From: an uncultured Flavobacteriaceae bacterium
Lineage (GTDB): Bacteria; Bacteroidota; Bacteroidia; Flavobacteriales; Flavobacteriaceae
Direction: 5' to 3'
Assembly: GCA_964419405.1 (NCBI GenBank)
Contig: CAYQPI010000075.1
Location: 16,958-80,957, forward strand
Length of the DNA: 64,000 nucleotides
Below, piece by piece: positions 1 through 9,065 of the stretch; positions within the stretch are counted from its first letter, which is position 1; each line of letters begins with the position of its first letter. The position numbers were made by a program, and so were the translations under genes. Below the pieces are notes generated by a model. The model saw only the letters and a program-made list of their open reading frames with translations, did no database searches and had not been told where the DNA came from.

Positions 1-1
1 A

Positions 2-628
2 GTTCATCAAAATGGTGTATTGTTCAAAACGAAGAATTCAAAAGGCCTCATAATGTTAATGCACGGACATTCTGGTAATGTCAACCATTGGGGAACAATA
101 GCTTATCGATTTAATAAATTGCGTTATGACCTTTTAGTTGTAGATTATCGTAGTTATGGGAAAAGTGAAGGAACATTTAGTGAACAGGATACCTTTCTTG
201 ATCTCAAACAATGGTATAAGCATATGAATTCAATTTACGATGAGTCAGAGATCACATTGTATGGCAAAGGTATCGGATCTACTTTTGCATCGTATTTAGC
301 CAGTGAATTTACGCCAGATAAATTAATTCTTGAATCACCTCTATACGATTTAAAGTTTACGGCCTTAAAGTATTACCCTTTGTTTCCATTTATCAAGTAT
401 ATTCCTTCATATAAATTTGATACAGCCTCTTATTTTAAGAATATTCGGACGCCAATTTATATGGTTCATGGTAAATTAAATAAACTGGTTCATTATGAAA
501 ACAGCACCAAGTTACTTGCATCTAATACTGAATATGCTGATTTATGTCTGATAGAGGATGGTGACCACCATCAGCTTGTAAAGCATCCAGTTTATATTCA
601 ATATATCGTTGGAATATTAGAAGCATAA
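2..628 (+). CDS. Alpha/beta hydrolase fold protein (ABHD13/BEM46-like), 5'-truncated by the window edge; catalytic residues degenerate
   Basis: Frame is open back to the window start. Motifs HGHSGN, DYRSYGKSEG and LILESP are present. The nucleophile elbow reads GKGIG instead of GxSxG. Confidence 0.8.
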   Translation, partial: VHQNGVLFKTKNSKGLIMLMHGHSGNVNHWGTIAYRFNKLRYDLLVVDYRSYGKSEGTFSEQDTFLDLKQWYKHMNSIYDESEITLYGKGIGSTFASYLASEFTPDKLILESPLYDLKFTALKYYPLFPFIKYIPSYKFDTASYFKNIRTPIYMVHGKLNKLVHYENSTKLLASNTEYADLCLIEDGDHHQLVKHPVYIQYIVGILEA

Positions 629-665
629 AAAAAACCTTCCAGGTCTAATCTGGAAGGTTTTTTTA
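627..665. terminator. Bidirectional intrinsic terminator
   Basis: A-tract, AACCTTCCAG / CTGGAAGGTT inverted repeat, then T-tract, between convergent genes. Confidence 0.9.
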
Positions 666-685
666 TGTCTGTTAACAGCTTATGC

Positions 686-1513
686 CTATTCTGGCGACTG
701 TTCTAAAATATCAAAGAATTCTTCCAGTTTTGGAAGGATAACAATTCTTGTTCTTCTGTTGGTAGATCTTCCTTCTGCGGTATCATTAGAAGCTAAAGGT
801 ACATATTCACTTCTACCTGCTGCGATTAGTCTGCTAGGAGCTACTTCAAAGTCATTCTGAAGAACTCTTACAACTGAAGTTGCTCTGGCAACACTAAGAT
901 CCCAGTTGTCTTTCATGTTTTTAGTGCTGATTGGCACATTATCAGTATACCCTTCAACCTGAACCTCCATTTCTGGTTTGCTATTTACCACAGTGGCAAC
1001 TTTACCTAGCACTTCTTTCGCTCTGTCTGAAACTGTAGCACTTCCGCTTTTAAATAACATTTTATCTGCGATAGAAATATAAACCACGGTTTTCTCTATG
1101 TCAATCTAGATATCTTCATCCTGAATTCCGTCGGCAAGATCTTTTTTCAACTGAAAGGCGAGCGCCAGGTTGATAGAATCTTTTTTCGTCATTGCATCAC
1201 GAACGCCGTTGATGTATTTATCTTTTTCACTCAGTTGAGCAATCACCTCTTTGATGTTGTCAGAAGATGATTGTGTTAAAACAGTCAAATTTTCCACCTG
1301 CTGAATAGAACGTGCCTTGTCTTCTTTTAAAGAGTTGTTTAATTCCACTAAGTGGTCTTTGTCCACTAAACAAGATTGCAATTCAGCTTTTGCATCTACC
1401 AGTTCCTCTTTCGTTTTGTTGTGTTGAGACTCTAAATCTGCGTATTTTTTTGAGGATACACAGGAGCTTAATAGAACCGAAAGGGTAAGGGCTCCAAAAA
1501 ATAATTTTTTCAT
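686..1513 (-). pseudogene. OmpA/MotB-family lipoprotein (coiled coil plus OmpA C-terminal domain) interrupted by one in-frame TAG at 1106-1108
   Basis: ORFs 1106..1513 and 686..1087 share a frame; the junction reads DEDI*IDIEKTVVYISIADKMLF. Lipobox LSSC; OmpA motifs EGYTD, NWDLSVARA and NRR. Confidence 0.8.
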
Positions 1514-1539
1514 AATTTGAATAGAATTTAATTTAAAAA

Positions 1540-1547
1540 CAAAACTA
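1540..1547 (-). promoter_or_regulatory. Bacteroidota sigma-A -7 box (TAGTTTTG) for the OmpA/MotB gene
   Basis: Exact TAnnTTTG match about 27 nt upstream of the ATG; a second copy lies at 1597-1604. Confidence 0.55.
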
Positions 1548-1614
1548 TTAAATATTTTGCTTTGTTTGACATATTTAGCTAAAAAAAAGCTAAAGGCAAA
1601 ACTAAGATAAATCT

Positions 1615-1622
1615 TATCTTTG
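1615..1622 (+). promoter_or_regulatory. Bacteroidota sigma-A -7 box (TATCTTTG) for apbE
   Basis: Exact TAnnTTTG match. It overlaps the TTG start of the ORF track, which favours ATG 1650. Confidence 0.65.
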
Positions 1623-1649
1623 TGTGTTAAAGAATATATAATTTTTGAT

Positions 1650-2651
1650 ATGAAAAAAGTATGGGTATTGTTGTTGATTTTTGTTACATTTTCTTGCCAA
1701 AAAGAAATTGAAAAACCCTTTAAACAACTGCAGGGACTGGCTTTTGGAACAAGCTTTCATATAACGATGCATGATCAAGATGATGTGGTCACCGAAGCCG
1801 ATATTGATAGTTTGATACATGCGATGAATAGATCGCTTTCAACATATATTCCCAATTCAGATATTTCAAGAATCAATAATGGGGATACCAGTGTGATCGT
1901 AGATGAATTATTTCGGGAAGTTTTTGAAAAATCTTCAAGAATTCATGCTGAAAGCAAGGGTGCTTTTGATCCTACGATCGGAACTTTGGTAAACGCCTGG
2001 GGATTTGGTCCTGGGGAGCCGATTGAAGATATGAGTCAGGAGATCGTCGACAGTTTGAAGGTCTATGTGGGATTTGAAAAATTGAAACTGGAAAATTCTA
2101 AATTGATCAAGAAATATCCTGAGATGTTTTTGGATTTTAATGCCAACGCCAAGGGCTTTGCTGTGGATGTGATTGGTCGGTTTTTAGAAAGTAAAGATGT
2201 TACGAATTATCTTGTTGAGATAGGAGGCGAGATACGTGCCAGGGGTAGGAATGCAAAAAAGCAGGTCTGGAGAATTGCCATTGAGAAGCCTAATTTTGAT
2301 GGTTCCAGATCATTTCAGACCATCATTGCACTCGATAACGAATGTATTGCCACTTCGGGAAGCTATAGAAAGTTTAAAGTCGATTCGGTTACCGGCGAAA
2401 AATATGCGCATACGATTGATACCAAAACGGGTTATCCAAGTAAAAGCAATCTCTTAAGTGCCTCGGTAATTGGACAAGTTGACTGTGCAGATGTGGATGC
2501 CTATGCTACGGCCTTTATGGCCATGGGGCTCGATAAGACGAAAATGTTTCTTGACCAGCACGAGGAACTCAAAGCTTTTCTGATCTATGGGAATGAACAG
2601 GGTGAACTACAGACCTATACAACAACAAATCTAAACCTGCAAGAGTACTAA
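1650..2651 (+). CDS. apbE: FAD:protein FMN transferase lipoprotein
   Basis: Lipobox TFSC; motifs FDPTIG, AKGFAVD, EIGGE, ATSG and DAYATA. Start moved to MKKVW. Confidence 0.93.
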   Translation: MKKVWVLLLIFVTFSCQKEIEKPFKQLQGLAFGTSFHITMHDQDDVVTEADIDSLIHAMNRSLSTYIPNSDISRINNGDTSVIVDELFREVFEKSSRIHAESKGAFDPTIGTLVNAWGFGPGEPIEDMSQEIVDSLKVYVGFEKLKLENSKLIKKYPEMFLDFNANAKGFAVDVIGRFLESKDVTNYLVEIGGEIRARGRNAKKQVWRIAIEKPNFDGSRSFQTIIALDNECIATSGSYRKFKVDSVTGEKYAHTIDTKTGYPSKSNLLSASVIGQVDCADVDAYATAFMAMGLDKTKMFLDQHEELKAFLIYGNEQGELQTYTTTNLNLQEY

Positions 2652-2659
2652 AGCGATGC

Positions 2660-3628
2660 TTACTTTTTTTGAACGGTTTTCAAAATTGCCTCCAATTGAA
2701 AAACAAAATCTCGTTTCTTCGAAGAAGGTGAATAGCTAAATCCCTCTATGACAACCAAGCGCTCGTTTTCAGGATCTTCTAAGGTGTAGCTTATAAAAGG
2801 CCCACCCATAAAGTCGTTTTCCACGAACCAAAGACCTCGTGACTCTAAAGCCTTCATGCCATTTAAATTTAATGAGGTGGTAATGGGCGTAAAATTTGGT
2901 TCGGTTCTCATATAGGTATTGTCAAATTGACCAGGTATAAAATTCTTGCCAATTGAATCTCTGAATGATACCAGTAACTCCTCGGTGTACGGTTCTCCAA
3001 AAGTTGGTATTTCGTAGGCTATGATATTTAACAGTCCTCTATCAGTTGAATTGCGATACCAAAGGAACTGACCAGTATCATCGACCAACTTATAATCAAA
3101 AGGAATCTGCAGGCTAATACCTAAATTTTCCAAGGTTTGAACATCATCTAAGGGTTGAATATCCTTGGTGAGCTTTTTTTGATACAGGGCCAGATCATTT
3201 TTTTTGAAGGTGTTCAGAATTTTATCTTTATTGGTTGAAATACTTTCAATCAAGGTTTCTTTGTCTTTTGCTAATATGGTCAATGTCTGTTGAGGACTCG
3301 AGTATATATTGGAATTTGTGTATACTTGATTCACAGTATCGACCCCAACAAAAAGAATGTTTCTGTTTCTCTTGAAAAGGGCGTTAAAAGTACGGGGATC
3401 TACCTGTGTAACCGTAAATTGGTTCTCATCCTGAGGCAGACCAACGACCGGTTCTCCGATAATTTCTTTTAAGGCATCTCCAACCCTTCCTTCCCAATCT
3501 GCATCATTTATAACGATGAGGACATGATTAATTCTACCTGTAGATGACACCAGGGTAACAGTATCGCTTTTCCCGCAAGAAAGTAAGACGCTAAGGATTA
3601 AAAGTAGAAGGGTAGTTCTTTTAAACAT
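2660..3628 (-). CDS. DUF4837-family lipoprotein
   Basis: Lipobox LLSC; GLPQDE and RGLW...MGGPF motifs; usual neighbour of mltD in Bacteroidota. Confidence 0.8.
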   Translation of the reverse strand: MFKRTTLLLLILSVLLSCGKSDTVTLVSSTGRINHVLIVINDADWEGRVGDALKEIIGEPVVGLPQDENQFTVTQVDPRTFNALFKRNRNILFVGVDTVNQVYTNSNIYSSPQQTLTILAKDKETLIESISTNKDKILNTFKKNDLALYQKKLTKDIQPLDDVQTLENLGISLQIPFDYKLVDDTGQFLWYRNSTDRGLLNIIAYEIPTFGEPYTEELLVSFRDSIGKNFIPGQFDNTYMRTEPNFTPITTSLNLNGMKALESRGLWFVENDFMGGPFISYTLEDPENERLVVIEGFSYSPSSKKRDFVFQLEAILKTVQKK

Positions 3629-3667
3629 GGTAAAGGTTTTTCTGGATAACCCATACTCAAAAGAATC

Positions 3668-5260
3668 TTAGTATATTTTGAGTTCGGTTCCTGGTTTCAG
3701 ACTTTTGGTACTCCAAATATCGTTCCATTCTTTTAATTGGGCAACAGAAACTTTAGGATACTTTTGAGAAATCAGCCAAAGAGAATCTCCTTTTTTTACC
3801 ACATAGGTAGAATATTCGCCTTTGGGTGCAGATTTCTTTGAAGTTGTTTTCTTTTTAGTACTTGGGCTTGTACTTGCCACCGCTCTCTTAGGATAGATGG
3901 TCAATCTTTGACCAACTCTCAGGTTATTACTTTTTAACCCATTCCAGCGTTTAATACTATTTACGGATACGCCATATCTGTTGGCTATTTTACCTAAGTA
4001 ATCACCACTTTTTACGCGATATCTGATTCTGTCATTCGCTTCAAAGTATTTTGGCAGGGGCTTTTCACGTTTGGCTTCATCTGCTTCGGCATAGGCATAA
4101 ATTTGCTCCTCGTTAGACACAAAACTACCGGTAGCGAATTTAGGCAAAGTCAAGGTATAGTTTCTACCTTTTACAACAGGGATGATTTTCAATTTATATT
4201 GTGGATTTAAAAAGCTGATGAGTTCAGTATCTGTACCCAGAACCTTATTGATCTGATCAAAAGAGATCTGTCGTTTTACCACAACGGTATCTGTTTCAAA
4301 GGTATGTAAAACATCATTTTTGGCATAGAGCTGATGTTCGTCGGCATATTCAAAAATATAGTAGGTAGCATAAAATGCTGGCAGATAACCCGCTGTCTCA
4401 CGTGGTAAATAGTGACGAATATTCCAGTAGTTTTTTTGACCACCTGACCTCCTAATGGCCTTGTTCACATTTCCAGGTCCTGAATTATAGGCCGCCAGGG
4501 CAAGGTCCCAATCATTAAAAATCCCATGAAGTTTCGATAAGTATTGACAGGCTGCCTCAGTGGCCCTGATTGGATCGCATCTTTCATCAACATAGGAGCT
4601 TACCTTTAAATCGTACTCTCTTCCGGTACCATACATAAATTGCCATAGACCTTTGGCACCAACTCGTGATGTAGCATTCGCTTTTAAGGCCGATTCAACA
4701 ATAGCAAGATATTTTAATTCCATAGGGATGTCATATTTTGCCAGGTGTTCTTCAAACATCGGGAAGTAGTATTTTGCCTTACCCATTAAATTTGCCAATG
4801 TTTGTTGTCGGTTCTTCAAATAGTGTTTAATAATTTTTTCAAGCGAAGGATTGTACTCAAAATTAAAAGGGGTCTGGCTATCGAGATAAGCGATTCGCTC
4901 TTTTAATTCTTCCGTTGTAAAATTCTGAATCACCAGTTTTCCGATGGTATCTTCTGGTTTAATGATCAGACTACTATCTATAACATTGTTTTTCCATGAG
5001 TCTAACCATTTTTTGTCAAATTCACTGACTTCAATATGGTCGATGATGGCGATACTTTTTCCTGAAATCAGGGTCGTATCTACCTTCACTGTATCGATCA
5101 TGCCTTGAGAAGCAATAGTTTGTGGTTTAAGGATGGTATCTTTGGTACTCTCGGTAGCTTGAATTTTTTCTTCAGTTTCAGCTTCCTGTCCATAGGTAAG
5201 GCTCAGAGTGAAAACGAATATCAAGACTAAAAATCTGCGCATCAATTTCATTACTATCAT
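3668..5260 (-). CDS. mltD: Lytic murein transglycosylase D (SLT domain plus two LysM)
   Basis: LAIVES catalytic Glu, GLWQFM and AAYNSG; LysM repeats YRVKSGD and YVVKKGD. True start may be 5251 or 5242. Confidence 0.9.
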   Translation of the reverse strand: MIVMKLMRRFLVLIFVFTLSLTYGQEAETEEKIQATESTKDTILKPQTIASQGMIDTVKVDTTLISGKSIAIIDHIEVSEFDKKWLDSWKNNVIDSSLIIKPEDTIGKLVIQNFTTEELKERIAYLDSQTPFNFEYNPSLEKIIKHYLKNRQQTLANLMGKAKYYFPMFEEHLAKYDIPMELKYLAIVESALKANATSRVGAKGLWQFMYGTGREYDLKVSSYVDERCDPIRATEAACQYLSKLHGIFNDWDLALAAYNSGPGNVNKAIRRSGGQKNYWNIRHYLPRETAGYLPAFYATYYIFEYADEHQLYAKNDVLHTFETDTVVVKRQISFDQINKVLGTDTELISFLNPQYKLKIIPVVKGRNYTLTLPKFATGSFVSNEEQIYAYAEADEAKREKPLPKYFEANDRIRYRVKSGDYLGKIANRYGVSVNSIKRWNGLKSNNLRVGQRLTIYPKRAVASTSPSTKKKTTSKKSAPKGEYSTYVVKKGDSLWLISQKYPKVSVAQLKEWNDIWSTKSLKPGTELKIY

Positions 5261-5358
5261 TGTTATTGTCAGTATGTTCGCTATAAAAACGGTAAAAATA
5301 GAACAAAATTTTGTTTAATCTATTTTTTTTGAGTTTATGCCGGATTTTTAATAAATCC

Positions 5359-6888
5359 TTAAGATTTATTCTGGCTGTTAGTACGATTTTTGTTGTCCGG
5401 TCTTCGTATGATCAGCTCCATGCCTGGTTTTAAATAATTTATATCTTGAAGGTTATTAGTTGTTCTGAGTTCGGTGATTGAAACATTGTTAAAGAGTTTG
5501 GATATTTTAAACAAGGTGTCGCCGTGTTGTACCACATAGGTAAGAAGGTCCTTTTTGTCGCTATGAGAAGCATCCTGTTGAAGAGAATAGTTCTTTGAAA
5601 CGTTATCGAGCTTTGGAGTCAGGAAATTTTTGTCTGTGATGACCAATCTTTGGTTTGCAATTAAAAAATTTGTATTCAATCCGTTCCAGGTCTTTAATTG
5701 TTGGAGACTGATGCCATGGGCAGTAGCTATGCTACTTAAATTATCTCCATGTTTGACGAGGTAGCTGTTGTTTTTATTGACTGGAATAATGCCACTGCCT
5801 GATCTTACATAAGGCGCTAAGGCATCTCGGTAAATGTCAGTTTCATTTTGAATAAAGTCGGGCATTTTTTCAGCAGGTAGCCTAAGAACCATTTGCCTGC
5901 CAGAGAGCAGCGGAATATAATCTTTTTTATATTGGGGATTTAGTGATCTGAGCAGGCTAATATCAATACCCGTTTCGTTTTGAATTGAGCTAAATTTAAC
6001 AGAACCTTTAAGGTGCAGTGTATCTGTATTTACAAGAATCATATCCGATTTTTCGGCCTTTAAATTGTGGAAATCGGCATATGAAAACAAATACATGGTC
6101 GCATAAAAGGCCGGTACATAGCTGCTTGTTTCACGAGGTAAATATTTCCGAATCTCCCAATAATTTTTATTTCCCCCAGCACGTTTAATGGCTTTTTTAA
6201 CGTTTCCAGGCCCTGAATTATAGGCAGCCAATGCAAGGTCCCAATCGCCAAAAGTGTGATGCAAATATTTTAAATAGGCGCAGGCAGCTTCTGTCGATTT
6301 AATCGGGTCATGGCGCTCATCCACATAGGAATCAATATGGAGCTTATAATCACTGGCGGTTCCATACATAAATTGCCAGATACCTTTGGCACCAGAAGGA
6401 GAAACTGCCAGGGGGTTTAAAGCTGATTCAACAACGGCTAAGTACTTCAGTTCAAGGGGTAGGTCATTTTTGTCGAGATAAGATTCAAAAACAGGAAAAT
6501 AATACCTGGACTTTGCAAGTAAGCTGTTCAAATAGGCTCTTTTGTCTTTGAGGTATACTCGAATAAATCTTTCAAGAGTTGCATTATGGCTAACGCTGAA
6601 AGGTGTTGAATTGTTTAGTAGTTTGAGTTGGCTGATCAGTATGTGGGTGGAGAAGCTGTTGTTTTTATCTGTTTTTGGCTGGTCATCAAGTTGAACGAGC
6701 CACTTGTTAGACACGTCCTTTTCTGAAGAAGTGCTTACGGCAACCATGCCTGATACATCATAAAGGTCAATTTGGTCTGTATAGATGTTGTGATTTGTTT
6801 TATGGAATTGAAAATCGTTAAAGGTATTCACCTGCCCCATGAGACAGGAGGAGAGAAGGAGTACATTAAGCATAAGTAAGTTTTTCAT
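5359..6888 (-). CDS. Second MltD-like lytic transglycosylase with two LysM domains
   Basis: LAVVES, GIWQFM and AAYNSG; LysM repeats YLVKHGD and YVVQHGD. Confidence 0.88.
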   Translation of the reverse strand: MKNLLMLNVLLLSSCLMGQVNTFNDFQFHKTNHNIYTDQIDLYDVSGMVAVSTSSEKDVSNKWLVQLDDQPKTDKNNSFSTHILISQLKLLNNSTPFSVSHNATLERFIRVYLKDKRAYLNSLLAKSRYYFPVFESYLDKNDLPLELKYLAVVESALNPLAVSPSGAKGIWQFMYGTASDYKLHIDSYVDERHDPIKSTEAACAYLKYLHHTFGDWDLALAAYNSGPGNVKKAIKRAGGNKNYWEIRKYLPRETSSYVPAFYATMYLFSYADFHNLKAEKSDMILVNTDTLHLKGSVKFSSIQNETGIDISLLRSLNPQYKKDYIPLLSGRQMVLRLPAEKMPDFIQNETDIYRDALAPYVRSGSGIIPVNKNNSYLVKHGDNLSSIATAHGISLQQLKTWNGLNTNFLIANQRLVITDKNFLTPKLDNVSKNYSLQQDASHSDKKDLLTYVVQHGDTLFKISKLFNNVSITELRTTNNLQDINYLKPGMELIIRRPDNKNRTNSQNKS

Positions 6889-6900
6889 AGCATTCTTATT

Positions 6901-7737
6901 TTAGGTTATTGTTATCTGTTTCTGTAGCCAATCGCAAATAGTGTCAAATAAAATTTGTCGTTCAACATCGTGATGTAATTCATGAAAACCGTTTTCAATG
7001 AGGTGCAGTTCTACATGTTTAGCAGCTCTTTTGGCAAATTCTTCTGATGCCTGATGCGATGTGATTCTATCTTTTGTACCATGTAGCAATAACATGGGTA
7101 ATTTCAATGATGCTGCATTCTCCAGGGCCCATTCTCCTTTTTCGATAAATTCTAAAGAAAACCGAGTACTGACTTTATCGTGGATCTTTGGGTCTGAAGC
7201 ATAGGTGTTGATTTCATCCTGATCTTTTGACAGGGCCTGAAGATCGAGTTCGTTTGGCATGGTAAGCGATGGATAGATCTTGTCAATGATTCTTCCGAAG
7301 GCCATTTTCCATGCCGGTGGTGAAAAGGCCAGATTCAGAAAAGGGCTTGTTGCAATGAGTCCTGATAATCCTTGTGGTCTTTTTAGAGCATAATTTATAA
7401 CTACATTTCCGCCCATGCTATGACCATAAAGAAAAACAGGTAGGTCAGGATACATTTGTTTCGCCTTTTTGAGTAGTTCTTCCAAGGCATCAAGAATACA
7501 GCCGTATCCGGGATGATGTCCTTTTTTACCCTCGGTGTCTCCATGCCCAAATTGATCATAAGCCATAATGGCAATGGAATTATCAAGTAAAACCGGAATA
7601 ACAGACCTTTCATAACGTCGTGCATATTCTCCCATTCCATGAACCAAAAGAACTACCCCCTTGGCATTTTTAGTTTCATAAGATTGACCACTTAGTTTTA
7701 GTCCGCAGGTCGTAAATTCAAAAGGTTTTCGTGTCAT
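6901..7737 (-). CDS. Lysophospholipase / monoacylglycerol lipase-like alpha/beta hydrolase
   Basis: HGMGE, GHSMGG nucleophile elbow, HGTKD and GFHELH. Start moved to MTRKPF. Confidence 0.88.
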   Translation of the reverse strand: MTRKPFEFTTCGLKLSGQSYETKNAKGVVLLVHGMGEYARRYERSVIPVLLDNSIAIMAYDQFGHGDTEGKKGHHPGYGCILDALEELLKKAKQMYPDLPVFLYGHSMGGNVVINYALKRPQGLSGLIATSPFLNLAFSPPAWKMAFGRIIDKIYPSLTMPNELDLQALSKDQDEINTYASDPKIHDKVSTRFSLEFIEKGEWALENAASLKLPMLLLHGTKDRITSHQASEEFAKRAAKHVELHLIENGFHELHHDVERQILFDTICDWLQKQITIT

Positions 7738-7992
7738 GCTAAAAATGCTTACACTCAAAAATAAAGAAGCAAGGTGTTGAAATTGCAAAATTGTTGAAAA
7801 CTGATAAAAACTTCAGGTGTAATGAATTAATAATCAACATATTGTAAAAAGTAATCTCTATCAAGTTCAGTTTTTTTTGGAAAAAATTACGATCTGAATC
7901 GCATAAAGTAAGGCAAAATAGTACAATATTTACTGTAAAAATGAATTCAAAAATGCTACATATTTCGTAAATTAGAAGACATATTAAATGCC

Positions 7993-8688
7993 ATGACCAT
8001 GACTTCACTGAGATCAAAATCAAAGCAGAATCCTGAAAAAAAGACCTTAACAGTAGTTCATTTATTGCACCCTTATGCAAAGCAGCGAATCAGGGTGGGT
8101 GAGAAGCTCGGATACTTTCCTAAAAACATGTATAAATCGAGTGAAATTATTGATGAGGTAGTTTTAGAGATCTACGAGAAAGGAGGCCATAAATCTAAAG
8201 ATTCTGAAGCCTTAAGGATGGCCATGTTCGATTTGTTAAATTCAAAAATGTCTGGCCTGTTCAAATCAGAAGCCTGGCACAAAGATGCCATAAGTACCAA
8301 ATTAATTCTGGAAGAAGAATTAAAACAGCTGGAAGAAAACTTTACCACTGATGGAGGGAACGATTTGATCATGAACGAAGAACTTGATGATATTTCTTAT
8401 CATCAGAATGATACCAATCCTGCTGAGTTACCTTATGATGAGTCTGAAGAAGGAGTGAAATTATTTTTGGGACTAGATCAGCTGAAGCAGTTTCAGGATA
8501 ATAAAGATCGAACCGCTTTAAGAAAGGTATATTATAAGTTACCTGTAAATACCTCGAACATTGTTGATTTGTATATTTTAGGAAAACTGAGTTATCATGA
8601 AATTGCAACCATATTGAAGATGGAAGTCTCAGAAGTTAAAGAAATTGTTTCGTTTGTAAGGGAAACAATTAAGAATCAACTCGAATAA
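7993..8688 (+). CDS. Hypothetical protein with a C-terminal sigma-70 region-4-like HTH
   Basis: C-terminus KLP..TSNIVDLY..GKLSYHEIATILKMEVSEVK resembles ECF sigma region 4; acidic middle segment; no clear region 2. Confidence 0.6.
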   Translation: MTMTSLRSKSKQNPEKKTLTVVHLLHPYAKQRIRVGEKLGYFPKNMYKSSEIIDEVVLEIYEKGGHKSKDSEALRMAMFDLLNSKMSGLFKSEAWHKDAISTKLILEEELKQLEENFTTDGGNDLIMNEELDDISYHQNDTNPAELPYDESEEGVKLFLGLDQLKQFQDNKDRTALRKVYYKLPVNTSNIVDLYILGKLSYHEIATILKMEVSEVKEIVSFVRETIKNQLE

Positions 8689-8763
8689 TAGCTGATTCTC
8701 AATAGAAGTTGATTTTGATTGAAAAATCTTGAAAGAATTCTTTTTCAAGATAAAATATTGTTG

Positions 8764-8771
8764 TAATATTG
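8764..8771 (+). promoter_or_regulatory. Putative -7 promoter box (TAATATTG) of the arg/pro operon
   Basis: One mismatch to TAnnTTTG, followed by CA like other boxes in the window; 4 nt before the GTG of leader ORF 1. Confidence 0.45.
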
Positions 8772-8775
8772 CAGT

Positions 8776-8847
8776 GTGAATACGAAAACACTACATACTA
8801 CATCTACAGAGAATCGCCGCCGTCCCTTGCGCCGCACGGGCAGATAA
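8776..8847 (+). CDS. Putative Arg-rich leader peptide 1, MNTKTLHTTSTENRRRPLRRTGR (23 aa, GTG start)
   Basis: Manual translation. Six Arg in the last ten codons (CGC CGC CGT..CGC CGC..AGA) and a double TAA stop; upstream of the arg operon. Confidence 0.7.
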   Translation: MNTKTLHTTSTENRRRPLRRTGR

Positions 8848-8891
8848 TAACGGTTAGATCATATTTTCATTTCACATTTCAATAATTTACA

Positions 8892-8981
8892 ATGCATTTT
8901 CAGAACAATTTTTCAACTACTAAAGTTTATTTGAATCAAACTTTGACTACTGTTGTTCGCATTTCTCGCCGTCGCCCGTAA
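8892..8981 (+). CDS. Putative Arg-rich leader peptide 2, MHFQNNFSTTKVYLNQTLTTVVRISRRRP (29 aa)
   Basis: Manual translation. ATG in an A/T-rich context identical to the argA start (TACAATG); ends CGC ATT TCT CGC CGT CGC CCG TAA. Confidence 0.75.
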   Translation: MHFQNNFSTTKVYLNQTLTTVVRISRRRP

Positions 8982-9065
8982 GGGTATGTCATATTCTTGG
9001 AGATAGGTGAGTCCATCTCTGCAAATCATTTCAATCTTTTATAAAACATATTTTAATTCAATACA

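Noticed and set aside
1106-1108. Genome-wide TAG recoding (code 15 or pyrrolysine)
   Set aside because: TAG ends proB, argF', argE and other genes at their expected C-termini, and only one gene is interrupted.
5294-5358. AT-rich inverted repeats between the mltD paralogs
   Set aside because: Almost entirely A/T, and expected by chance at this base composition.
8986-9006. Third mini-ORF MSYSWR* in the arg leader
   Set aside because: Only six codons, no Arg run and a poor initiation context; likely chance.
8690-9065. ArgR ARG boxes, T-box or known riboswitch in the arg leader
   Set aside because: No TGAAT-N-ATTCA palindromes, no T-box sequence and no long conserved stems visible; an Rfam scan would confirm.
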